Shown here one piece after another: positions 1 through 7,783 of a DNA stretch of 28,762 bases (positions are counted from its first letter, which is position 1; every line of letters starts with the position of its first letter). The DNA is from Deltaproteobacteria bacterium TL4. Lineage in GTDB: Bacteria; SAR324; NAC60-12. Below the pieces are notes generated by a model that saw only the letters and a list, made by a program, of their open reading frames with translations, did no database searches and had not been told where the DNA came from. The translations under genes were made by a program, and so were the position numbers. The stretch spans positions 1-28,762 of the forward strand of contig JBBCAX010000080.1 of NCBI GenBank assembly GCA_051382335.1. Direction: 5' to 3'.

Positions 1-43
1 AATAATAACCTTGCATTAATTCATTCATAAAATAAAACCACTG

Positions 44-95
44 ATATTATTGAATAATTAAAACTAAAACCATGAATCAAATGTTCAAAGTCCAG
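44..95. mobile_element. Probable IS terminal segment; element body likely runs off the left edge of the window
   Basis: The 52 bp ATATTATTGAAT...GTTCAAAGTCCAG is the exact reverse complement of 8618-8669. IS identity is inferred and the family was not recognised. Confidence 0.6.
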
Positions 96-249
96 TTATT
101 TTGAAAGAAAACCATTAGATTTTAGGCGAATATTCATCACCCCACCCCTATAGGAAAGCCACTGGCTTTCAATGCTATGGAACCGATCATGCGGCACTGG
201 CGGGAAACCAGCCAGCAGGCAGTGAACAAACCGTGTTCCTAAGGGATTC

Positions 250-466
250 ACTACCATTAACTATTAACGAAAGGCAAGGGCAAAACCGTGAGGGATCGTC
301 TGAAGGAAACCCGGAGCAAAATGACGAGCCGACGGACAGAAATCGCATAGAAGGCTTACTTCCCTGGGATGAGTTAGCACAACATAACGAAATCCTGTGG
401 CTTGGGGATAGAGTAAACGCGGCGGCAGTGTCATGAAAGATCACGTTCTTATCTGGGGTGATTTCC
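250..466 (+). ncRNA. Truncated group II intron (class IIC-like) domain I relic
   Basis: Motifs occur in the order I recall from the Oceanobacillus iheyensis IIC intron domain I: GCAAGGG, TCTGAAGGAA (299-308), GCAAA, GGATGAGTTAGCACAACATAACGAAATCC (367-395), AGAGTAAA (410-417) and GAAAGATCACGTTCTTATCTGGGG (435-458). No RT ORF or domain V follows. Confidence 0.8.
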
Positions 467-467
467 A

Positions 468-673
468 CTGAACTTTGTGGAAGTGAAGCCTGATGTTCAT
501 CGTGCCTACTTAATCAATGGCTGTCCTTTTTATTTCATACTCATCCAACAGCAAAATGGCCTGTTTTCCGCTGAACTTTGTGGAAGTGAAGCCTGATGTT
601 CATCGTGCCTACTTAATCAATGGCTGTCCTTTTTATTTCATACTCATCCAACAGCAAAATGGCCTGTTTTCCG
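468..673. repeat. Perfect 103-bp direct tandem duplication (468-570, 571-673)
   Basis: CTGAACTTTGTGG...GGCCTGTTTTCCG occurs twice, head to tail. Confidence 0.97.
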
Positions 674-897
674 GTTGCGCGGTGCCGCAGGGAAAGTAGA
701 AGAACCAGGGATTGTTCCAGGAGTTCCCGATTCGCTTCTCTTAAACGGAGAGCTTTCAATTGTAGGGGTTCATCTTCGGTCAATTTTGCGGAGTCAATGA
801 TATCAGTCAGGCGGTTTTACTCATTGGCAATCAAATAATTCATTTTGATCAGACAACTTTCCCAGGTGGCTTCCTTGACATCCTTGACGGTTAGATA
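613..897 (-). pseudogene. Fragment of an AAA-ATPase-like (PF09820-type) protein gene
   Basis: Manual translation gives YLTVKDVKEATWESCLIKMNYLIANE*NRLT...SLRHRATGKQAILLLDEYE, resembling the family's 'YLTFKDVK' and 'KKVIILIDEYD' (Walker B) segments. There is an in-frame TAA at 817-819, and the 5' part is cut off at the element starting at 896. Confidence 0.75.
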
Positions 898-1087
898 TAG
901 ACATTCATTTAAATAAATTCATTTGAGTTGCCCCTGAACTGTGGAGTGTCAAAGCTTGCTTTGACCAAAACCAAAGAAAGGCCTTCACCTTTCTGGCCAA
1001 AGCAAGCTTTGACACTCCTGAAACAGCGTTTTTAAACGATCATGCGACAGGATGAGCTTTCTGAATTTATTTAAATGAACATCTATA
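896..1087. mobile_element. MITE-like element (shell A) with 26-bp terminal inverted repeats and an internal GGAG REP doublet
   Basis: TATAGACATTCATTTAAATAAATTCA (896-921) matches the reverse complement of 1062-1087 at 24/26. The inner arms 943-967 and 994-1018 are inverted, each reading GGAG-T-GTCAAAGC-TT-GCTTTG(A/G)C. Confidence 0.85.
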
Positions 1088-1101
1088 GCTAAATTCTAAG
1101 G

Positions 1102-1277
1102 CCTAGGGCGTCCCGCCTGCTTTTGCGGGCAAGATGCCCGCACTCCCAGGAAAAAACTTTTCTGGACCTCTATAGTATTCCAGATAAATAAATGGGTCGG
1201 AGGGAGGACGTCTCGCCCTCCAGATGCGGGCAAGATGCCTGCGCTCCCAGGAAATAATTATCTGGCATACTACTATA
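1102..1277. mobile_element. Two abutting MITE-like elements (shell B; one 5'-truncated, one divergent) with GGAG REP hairpins
   Basis: GCGGGCAAGATGCCYGCRCTCCCAGG occurs twice. The ends TTTTCTGGACCTCTATA / TATAGTATTCCAGATAAAT ... TTATCTGGCATACTA share TATA at 1171-1174. Both are homologous to 5460-5561 and 5861-5962. Confidence 0.8.
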
Positions 1278-1289
1278 TAACGGACTATC

Positions 1290-2399
1290 GTGAACAATAA
1301 ACAAAAGTACAGGCTGCATTTAATTTTACTGACACTCAGTGTGTGTGGGATTACCGTTTGTCATGCCCAGACCAACATTGGCAGCAGCCCCTTGCCGCAT
1401 GAAATCCTCCAGCGTTCCTACTATATTCCGATTATTTATGCGGCTTATCGTTATGGCATTAAAATTAGTCTATGCACTTCATTGTTCACTGGGCTGATCT
1501 ACTTCCTGAATGCTCCGGAGCATGTTAAAAATTCGTATTTTTTGCAAATGAATCAATATGCGGAAATCTTGATGTTTCAGGTGATGGGTATTACCACAGG
1601 CCTGTTCGCTGATTCAGAAAAAAAACAACGGCGTCATGCGGAAAAAAACGCACAGGAGTTAAAAACAGCCTATGAAGAGTTACAAAACACCCTTGAAATG
1701 CTGACACATACCGCTCGTTTGAAAACTTTGGGAGAACTCTCTGCTTCCATCGCTCATGAAATTCGCAACCCACTGAATGCCATCAAAGGCGCTGTCGAAA
1801 TTGTGTCAGAAGCTGTTCCGAAGGAGAACCCCCGCCATGAATTCATTGGCATTATTCAACAGGAAGTGAAGCGACTGGATACCCTATTAAGCAATTTTCT
1901 CAGTTATGCCAGACCGCAAGTTCCCAGAAAAATTCCAACCAACTTGAATGATCTTGTCAGTTCTGTCGTTCATTTTACGGGGACTCAAGCCTATAAATCA
2001 GGAATCAGGATTGAGACGCAACTGGAAGCTAACCTGCCTTCTGTATGGGTGGACCCTGAGCAAATCAAACAAGTGATTCTGAATTTAGTGATCAACGCGA
2101 TACAGGCACAACCTCAAGGAGGACGTCTGGACATCAAAAGCGTGTATGATGTTGGTCAACAAGTCGTAAAGCTTCAGTTCCAGGATGACGGCACAGGCAT
2201 TCCAGATGAGGTCCGTACTAAAATTTTTGAGCCATTTTTTACCACCAAAATCCAAGGTACCGGTTTAGGCTTAGCTATTGCGTCTCAATTGCTCAAACAG
2301 CATGACGGAGTATTGGAACTGATCGAAACAAAAAAGGGAAACGGCAGTTTATTTGTCATTCAGATTCCTGTAACACCCCAAAGCGGAGGAGAACGATGA
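1290..2399 (+). CDS. Membrane sensor histidine kinase (NtrB/ZraS-like)
   Basis: N-terminal TM segments, H-box AHEIRNPL, N-box [23 protein letters not shown] and GTGLGL. Overlaps the downstream regulator by ATGA. Confidence 0.95.
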   Translation: MNNKQKYRLHLILLTLSVCGITVCHAQTNIGSSPLPHEILQRSYYIPIIYAAYRYGIKISLCTSLFTGLIYFLNAPEHVKNSYFLQMNQYAEILMFQVMGITTGLFADSEKKQRRHAEKNAQELKTAYEELQNTLEMLTHTARLKTLGELSASIAHEIRNPLNAIKGAVEIVSEAVPKENPRHEFIGIIQQEVKRLDTLLSNFLSYARPQVPRKIPTNLNDLVSSVVHFTGTQAYKSGIRIETQLEANLPSVWVDPEQIKQVILNLVINAIQAQPQGGRLDIKSVYDVGQQVVKLQFQDDGTGIPDEVRTKIFEPFFTTKIQGTGLGLAIASQLLKQHDGVLELIETKKGNGSLFVIQIPVTPQSGGER

Positions 2400-3760
2400 G
2401 CCTGGCCAAAATTTTGATTGTTGAAGATGACACTTCCTCCCGAAAAGCGATGGATTTTATTCTGAGAGAAGCTGGATATGAAGTCCAAAGTGCCGCAGGT
2501 GGATTACAGGGCTATGAACTTTTTACACAGGCACCCTCGGATCTGGTCATCACAGATCTGGCCATGCCAGAAATGGATGGCTTGCAACTGACTGAGCGGA
2601 TCAAGCTCATTTTTCCAGAGATCCCCGTGATTGTCATTACGGCCTTTGGTGAAATTCAAACAGCCGTGTCTGCCATCAAATTGGGTGCTGAAGATTATCT
2701 GACTAAACCCCTGGATTGGAATTTGCTCATGCTGGCAATTCAGCGTGCCCTGAAAATTAAAAACCTGGTTTCAGAAAACCGTAAGTTAAAAATTTTTATT
2801 GGAGAAAAATTTAAATTCGGCAATCTGGTAGGGAATTCCCAATGTATGCAGGAACTTTATGCAATCTTGCAAAAAATTGCGCCGACTGATGTTTCGGTGG
2901 TTTTATTGGGGAAAAGTGGAACAGGAAAAGAACTGATAGCCAAAAGTCTGCACCATCATAGTTCAAGAAAAGAAAAACCCTTTGTGATCATCAATTGTGG
3001 TGCCTTACCGGAAAATCTGCTGGAATCTGAATTGTTTGGTCATCGCAAGGGCTCTTTTACGGGGGCTATTTATGATAAAAAAGGACTATTTCAGGAAGCC
3101 AATGGCGGCACCTTGTTTCTGGATGAAATTGGAGAAATGCCCTTAACGATTCAGGTAAAGTTCTTACGTGTTTTACAAGAAGGCGAATGTTTACGTCTGG
3201 GGGATAACGTCCCTCAAAAAGTGAATGTACGAATCATTGCGGCGACCCATCGTGATTTAAAAAAAATGGTTGGCGAAGGTACCTTTCGTGAAGATTTATA
3301 TTTCAGGTTGAGCGTGATTCCCGTCCGTATTCCTTCACTGCAAGAGCGTAAGGAAGACATTCCCTTGCTGGCAAATGAGTTTCTTAAAGAGTTTTCACAA
3401 CGGCATCAACGCCCTGAATTACAATTTGTACCTGAAATTTACCAAAAATTTCACAACTATTCCTGGCCTGGAAACGTTCGTGAATTGAGAAACACTGTGG
3501 AGCGAATGGTCGTTTTAACCACAAAAAACAGGATGAGCGCTGAAGAGTTGCCACAGGAAATTAGAGAGTTCCAACCTGACACCCTCAATTCGTTTCATTT
3601 GTCCTTACCTGAAGGGGGGCTTGATCTGGAAGAAGTCGAAAAAGAAATTTTGCGTCTGGCTTTGGAAAAACACCAATACAATCAGACTCACACGGCCCAA
3701 TACTTAAACATTACTCGTAATACGCTCATTTATCGGATGCAAAAGTTCAATTTAGGGTAA
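2396..3760 (+). CDS. Sigma-54-dependent response regulator (NtrC/AtoC/ZraR family)
   Basis: Receiver domain (VEDD, TDLAMP, TKP), Walker A GKSGTGKE, ESELFGH, GSFTGA, LFLDEIGE, FREDLYFRL, WPGNVRELRN and a C-terminal Fis-type HTH. Confidence 0.97.
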   Translation: MSLAKILIVEDDTSSRKAMDFILREAGYEVQSAAGGLQGYELFTQAPSDLVITDLAMPEMDGLQLTERIKLIFPEIPVIVITAFGEIQTAVSAIKLGAEDYLTKPLDWNLLMLAIQRALKIKNLVSENRKLKIFIGEKFKFGNLVGNSQCMQELYAILQKIAPTDVSVVLLGKSGTGKELIAKSLHHHSSRKEKPFVIINCGALPENLLESELFGHRKGSFTGAIYDKKGLFQEANGGTLFLDEIGEMPLTIQVKFLRVLQEGECLRLGDNVPQKVNVRIIAATHRDLKKMVGEGTFREDLYFRLSVIPVRIPSLQERKEDIPLLANEFLKEFSQRHQRPELQFVPEIYQKFHNYSWPGNVRELRNTVERMVVLTTKNRMSAEELPQEIREFQPDTLNSFHLSLPEGGLDLEEVEKEILRLALEKHQYNQTHTAQYLNITRNTLIYRMQKFNLG

Positions 3761-3825
3761 AAATTCTTGCGCCATGTCGAATCGGGATTTCATGAACTTT
3801 GACGAAAAATATGTTCTGAATTTTT

Positions 3826-4371
3826 CTAAAAACCCCCATAGGTCTTATCAATGGCATCCGCAATTTCATTAACAGGTTTACCATTTAAAGTCATTTCCTG
3901 GGCTAACAAGGCTTCATCCATACAAACCCCACACATTGAAGCGTGATTATCGGCAAAACAGCTCAAAAGACTCTTGTGGCCTATGCTTTTGTCACAGGCG
4001 CAATAACAATAAAGTTGATCCAGTACTTCGGGATATTTACGTGCGGCTTCATAGGCGGCAATCTGTTTTTCAAACTGAAATTGCATTGGATTCAAAACAG
4101 GCTTCTTTTCTCTCAATCGATAGGAGGATGGGTTCAACATCACGTTGTGGTTATGGGAAAGTCCATGATAGATTCCTGTTTCAGCAGACTGCCCTAATAA
4201 TGACTTTTGCTGATAATCTTTGTAAAAAGACCACGCGGCCCCGATCCCCACAATCAGAACCAACCCCCCAACCCAGCCCAGCCATTTGGGGAATTGCTTT
4301 TTTGCTTTTTCTGTGGAATTACTTTGCTTATCCGTTGTTTTGGATTGTATTTTATCGTTTTCTTTTTTCAA
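3826..4371 (-). CDS. Membrane-anchored PCYCGC/CYCxC-motif family protein
   Basis: One TM helix, a His cluster (HGLSHNHN), and LYCYCAC...GHKSLLSCF...HASMCGVC. TTG start with an AAGGAG RBS upstream. Confidence 0.85.
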   Translation of the reverse strand: MKKENDKIQSKTTDKQSNSTEKAKKQFPKWLGWVGGLVLIVGIGAAWSFYKDYQQKSLLGQSAETGIYHGLSHNHNVMLNPSSYRLREKKPVLNPMQFQFEKQIAAYEAARKYPEVLDQLYCYCACDKSIGHKSLLSCFADNHASMCGVCMDEALLAQEMTLNGKPVNEIADAIDKTYGGF

Positions 4372-4547
4372 GGTAGCTCCTTAATTTCTATTAACAAAAA
4401 ATGTAATTTGTGCTCCTGTTGGGAGTCAGGGTTGTTAGATTCTCTCTGAAAACCCGAATTTCTGAGTCATGCTGAGCAGAGTCAAACCATGATTCATGCG
4501 GGAGGTCGCCCTTCGACCGCAGCAGCCAATCAACCAAGCAGGATGGC

Positions 4548-4732
4548 CAATACCCGTGAGTGAAATTAGGTTTGTAGTCCCGCCTTTAGGCGGAAAATCC
4601 TGCTGAACAGCCGCCTGAAGGCGGAACTACGAACGTTTCGCCATCAGTTCAGGATAACCTGTTTTAAGCGCCTAACTCACTGTAATTAAGGTCACTTGTT
4701 AATTACAGTCCCGAAGTCACTTACGGGTATTG
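4548..4732. mobile_element. MITE (shell C, IS4-like ends) carrying a GTAG REP doublet, with target-site duplication
   Basis: TIR CAATACCCGTGAGTGA (4548-4563) pairs with TCACTTACGGGTATTG (4717-4732) at 15/16. Flanks are AGCAGGATGgc and AGCAGGATGat. The REP doublet is at 4574-4630, with an extra hairpin at 4679-4709. Confidence 0.85.
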
Positions 4733-4802
4733 AGCAGGATGATTGGCGAAGATGGCGAAGTGAACAGTCCTGTGTTGGGAATAGATAGGATCCCAGGAAA
4801 GA

Positions 4803-5429
4803 TCATTTCAACGTAGCGGCATAAGCGGCCACATCATAGATTTCCTGATCATTAGCCAGCGCCTTTGCCATTGGAGGCATCTGAAGAGCATAAGGATTTT
4901 TTGGATTCGTTCCTCTCATCCCTGTCCTGAAGTTTTTCAACTGACGCACAATATACCAGTCATACAACCCTGCTAAGCGTGGCGTTGTCAAAACAGGATC
5001 GCCTTTGCCATCGGCCCCATGACAACTGGCACAGAGCATAAATAACTTTTTGCCTTTGCTGGGATTTCCCTTTACGGTTTTGGGGATAAGCCCCCGTAAG
5101 GTGCCTATGTAAGCAATCACATCGTCTACTTTTTGTTCATCAGTGAGGGTAAACGTCATCGCTCGCATTTGGAAACCAAAATCATCTTTTGAATCGTTTC
5201 CTCGAACATCATTCTTGTAATCCATTAACTGACGCCGCAGATACACGTCGCGCTGTCCTGCCAAGTTTGGCGTTTTTAACGTTTCGCTGCCTTCACCATT
5301 AGCCCCATGACAACTGCCACAGAGGACATAAAGTTCCTTGCCTTCACTGACGCGTCCTGCCGCATTGACTTGGATTGTCGCCCCTATACTCAGCATCAGA
5401 GTGATCCCTGATATTAATAAGTTCTTCAT
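4803..5429 (-). CDS. Dihaem c-type cytochrome (cytochrome c4 family)
   Basis: Two CxxCH motifs (CGSCH, CASCH), PNLAGQ/PRLAGL repeats, axial Met candidates and a signal peptide. The start is moved to ATG 5429 (AGGAGG at 5435-5440) because the longer ORF reads through a MITE. Confidence 0.93.
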   Translation of the reverse strand: MKNLLISGITLMLSIGATIQVNAAGRVSEGKELYVLCGSCHGANGEGSETLKTPNLAGQRDVYLRRQLMDYKNDVRGNDSKDDFGFQMRAMTFTLTDEQKVDDVIAYIGTLRGLIPKTVKGNPSKGKKLFMLCASCHGADGKGDPVLTTPRLAGLYDWYIVRQLKNFRTGMRGTNPKNPYALQMPPMAKALANDQEIYDVAAYAATLK

Positions 5430-5459
5430 CAAAACCTCCTTTTCATATAAAATCATCAA

Positions 5460-5561
5460 TATAAATGTCCAGATAAATTTCTGCTGGGAACACAGGCGTC
5501 CCACCTGCTTTTGCGGGCAAGAGGCCAGCACTCCCCCCAAAAAAAATTTCTGGACATCTAT
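5460..5561 (+). mobile_element. MITE-like element shell B with a REP doublet
   Basis: Ends TATAAATGTCCAGATAAATTT and AAATTTCTGGACATCTAT; inner CAGGCGTCCCACCTGCTTTTGCGGGCAAGAGGCCAGCACTCC. Confidence 0.85.
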
Positions 5562-5860
5562 CGTTGTTGTGTCATGAGATTACCCTGATCCATCACGCTG
5601 ATGCCGAACATCATTCCGTGACTGTCTTGTAAAATCAAGCGATTTTTGCTTTGGAGAGCCGATTCTGTCACAATGTTTTTTTAGGGGAAGTCAAAAGGGG
5701 ATCTGAATTGCTTATATAGACTTTCTTAACGTCACCGATAGTAGAAGGTTCGCTTCGTTTCAGCAGGCAGTCTACTGAATAAAAAGAGCCGTTTTTTCAA
5801 AAAAAATCACAACCTTTCCCATTTCCTGCATTACTCTTCAACTGATCCGTATTTTGTCGA

Positions 5861-5962
5861 TATACTTTTCCAGAAAAGTTTTGTCCTGGGAACACGTACC
5901 TCTTGCCCGCAAAAACAGGCGGGACGCCTGCGCTCCCTGAGAAATTTATCTGGACAACTATA
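5861..5962 (-). mobile_element. MITE-like element shell B, inverted relative to 5460-5561
   Basis: The reverse complement reads TATAGTTGTCCAGATAAATTTCTCAGGGAGCGCAGGCGTCCCGCCTGTTTTTGCGGGCAAGAGG...AAAACTTTTCTGGAAAAGTATA. Confidence 0.85.
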
Positions 5963-6010
5963 TTGGGAACGATTTAATTCAACTTAATGATAATTTTCTG
6001 GATTTAGTCC

Positions 6011-6586
6011 ATGCCAAAATTACGAATTATGGCTTTATTCTTAGTTTTTTGGGTACCTTCAGCTCTCTCCGCTTCAGATCTAAGCTTTGAAATGGGCATC
6101 AACAGAAGCAGCCAACAACCCACAGGAACCTATGTTGAGGATTTTGATACGGTTTTGAGTTCATTTGGAGGTCGCTTTGCTGTCAAGTATCTGTTTGATA
6201 GCGGTTTTGTGGTAGGACGGGAATCCTTCAGTTCGGCCTTCCCTGTCTTGGACAATGGGGTTGAAGCTATTTTAGTGATAACTAATGGTGGTTTTACTGT
6301 CGGTTGGGGGTTTGGCGATTCCTTGCGTCTCCTCTTTGAAGCAGGAATTCCAGAAGAAGGCTTGGTCACTTTAAGAGCAGACATGATGGTTCTCGAAGTT
6401 CAGGAATTTCATCTGGGTGGAAGTCAAACCTGGTATGGTCTTTCCTTTGATTGGGGGGACGCTCCCCTTGGATGGATTATGACCATCAGACAAGTTTATT
6501 ATCATGTAGATAATGCGTTTGATAGCGGACAAACGCTTGAGATGGAGGGTGTGAGCTATGGACTCGGAATACGATTGCGAATGTAA
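6011..6586 (+). CDS. Exported protein, possible small outer-membrane beta-barrel
   Basis: Signal peptide (ending ..SALS-A), Gly/aromatic-rich amphipathic strands, and C-terminal VSYGLGIRLRM. Confidence 0.6.
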   Translation: MPKLRIMALFLVFWVPSALSASDLSFEMGINRSSQQPTGTYVEDFDTVLSSFGGRFAVKYLFDSGFVVGRESFSSAFPVLDNGVEAILVITNGGFTVGWGFGDSLRLLFEAGIPEEGLVTLRADMMVLEVQEFHLGGSQTWYGLSFDWGDAPLGWIMTIRQVYYHVDNAFDSGQTLEMEGVSYGLGIRLRM

Positions 6587-7718
6587 AACAAAACATCAGC
6601 AATCCAAGATCAAGAAATGGCTATTTCCCCTATTATGTCTCACAGGCATTCTGGGGATCTTGAATGCTTGTGATGCGGGAGAGCATTTTACGAATACAAA
6701 GCCCTTTATTGAAGAATCTGAATGTACTGCTTTGGCGATTGGTGTTTATCCGCAGCAGTTTCATGTTGAAACCAATAAAATTGTGGATGAAGCCGGAAAT
6801 GAAGCGGTTTTGCGTGGTGTCAGCCACACTGATCCGGTATGGCAGGCAAAGGGCGAAGATCCTGATGTTGGGATATGGGGGGAATCTTTATTTCAGAAAA
6901 TGAGTGATTGGGGCGTTAAAATAGTGCGGTTGCCCATTCATCCCGCTATTTGGAGACGCTACGGAGCAAATGAGTCCTTGCAGGTCATTGATCAGGCCAT
7001 TGAATGGGCTCAAAAATATGAAATGTATGTTGCTATTGATTTCCACTCCATTGGTTTTCCTCCTGAAAACGATTACTACAATTGGGAACATGCCCGGTTT
7101 GGACAATTGTATGATACCTCACAAGCGGAGATCCTGAGTTTCTGGAATACGATATCTACTCATTATGTCACTCATAAAACCGTCGCTTTCTACGAGATTT
7201 TTAATGAACCGGTGCGGGACAGCCTCAATAATTATCCGCGCAATAACAAATTAGAACATTGGATCTCCTGGAAAAAGTTGAGTGAAGTGGTGATTGATAC
7301 GATCCGGAGTAATGACCCCGACAAGATCATCCTCGTTGGCGGATTACAATTCGCCTATGACTTATCCTTTGTTCTGGAGGCTCCTGTAGAACGTGTTAAT
7401 ATCGCTTATGCGACTCACCCCTATCCTGATGCTGACTTTAATAAAAAGTGGGAAATCGCCTTTGAAAAAGTAAAAAAACTTTTCCCCGTATTTGCGACAG
7501 CATTAGGTTTTGATGAATCCTCCAAGCCTGAAAAAGCGATGAAGCGCAAGGGACGTTATCGAGATGAAATCATGGATTTCCTTGAAAATAATAAAATAGG
7601 CTGGACCGTGTGGTCCTTTTCCGCGGCCTTTGAACCAGGCTTATTTCTGGATAATGATTTTACCCTTTCCCAATCAGGAAAGTTCTTCAGAAGAAAATTA
7701 CAGGAATGTGACCGCTAA
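6558..7718 (+). CDS. Glycoside hydrolase family 5-like lipoprotein (nucleophile Glu apparently replaced by Ala)
   Basis: LRGVS, WGVKIVRLP, YVAIDFH, FYEIFNEP, YATHPY, PVFATALG and IGWTVWSF; lipobox LNAC. The exact start is uncertain. Confidence 0.9.
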   Translation: MDSEYDCECKTKHQQSKIKKWLFPLLCLTGILGILNACDAGEHFTNTKPFIEESECTALAIGVYPQQFHVETNKIVDEAGNEAVLRGVSHTDPVWQAKGEDPDVGIWGESLFQKMSDWGVKIVRLPIHPAIWRRYGANESLQVIDQAIEWAQKYEMYVAIDFHSIGFPPENDYYNWEHARFGQLYDTSQAEILSFWNTISTHYVTHKTVAFYEIFNEPVRDSLNNYPRNNKLEHWISWKKLSEVVIDTIRSNDPDKIILVGGLQFAYDLSFVLEAPVERVNIAYATHPYPDADFNKKWEIAFEKVKKLFPVFATALGFDESSKPEKAMKRKGRYRDEIMDFLENNKIGWTVWSFSAAFEPGLFLDNDFTLSQSGKFFRRKLQECDR

Positions 7719-7783
7719 TGGGGGAACGCTCACTTTGGAAATTAATTTTTTTACCGTTTTTAACCGCTTAAGACAGGAGCCCC

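Noticed and set aside
468..673. Possible CRISPR array
   Set aside because: Only two contiguous 103-bp copies with no spacers, and no cas genes in the window.
187..838. Short ORFs 187-468, 233-436, 517-699 and 620-838
   Set aside because: They overlap the intron relic, the tandem duplication and the antisense of the AAA pseudogene, and show no protein motifs.
5430..5540. 37-aa N-terminal extension of cytochrome c4; also ORFs 1103-1297 and 8668-8883
   Set aside because: These read through MITE/REP sequence, and a strong RBS supports ATG 5429.
5740..5776. AGTAGA...TCTACT as a lysine riboswitch or another REP doublet
   Set aside because: Only 6 bp pair, with no internal hairpins and no riboswitch core.
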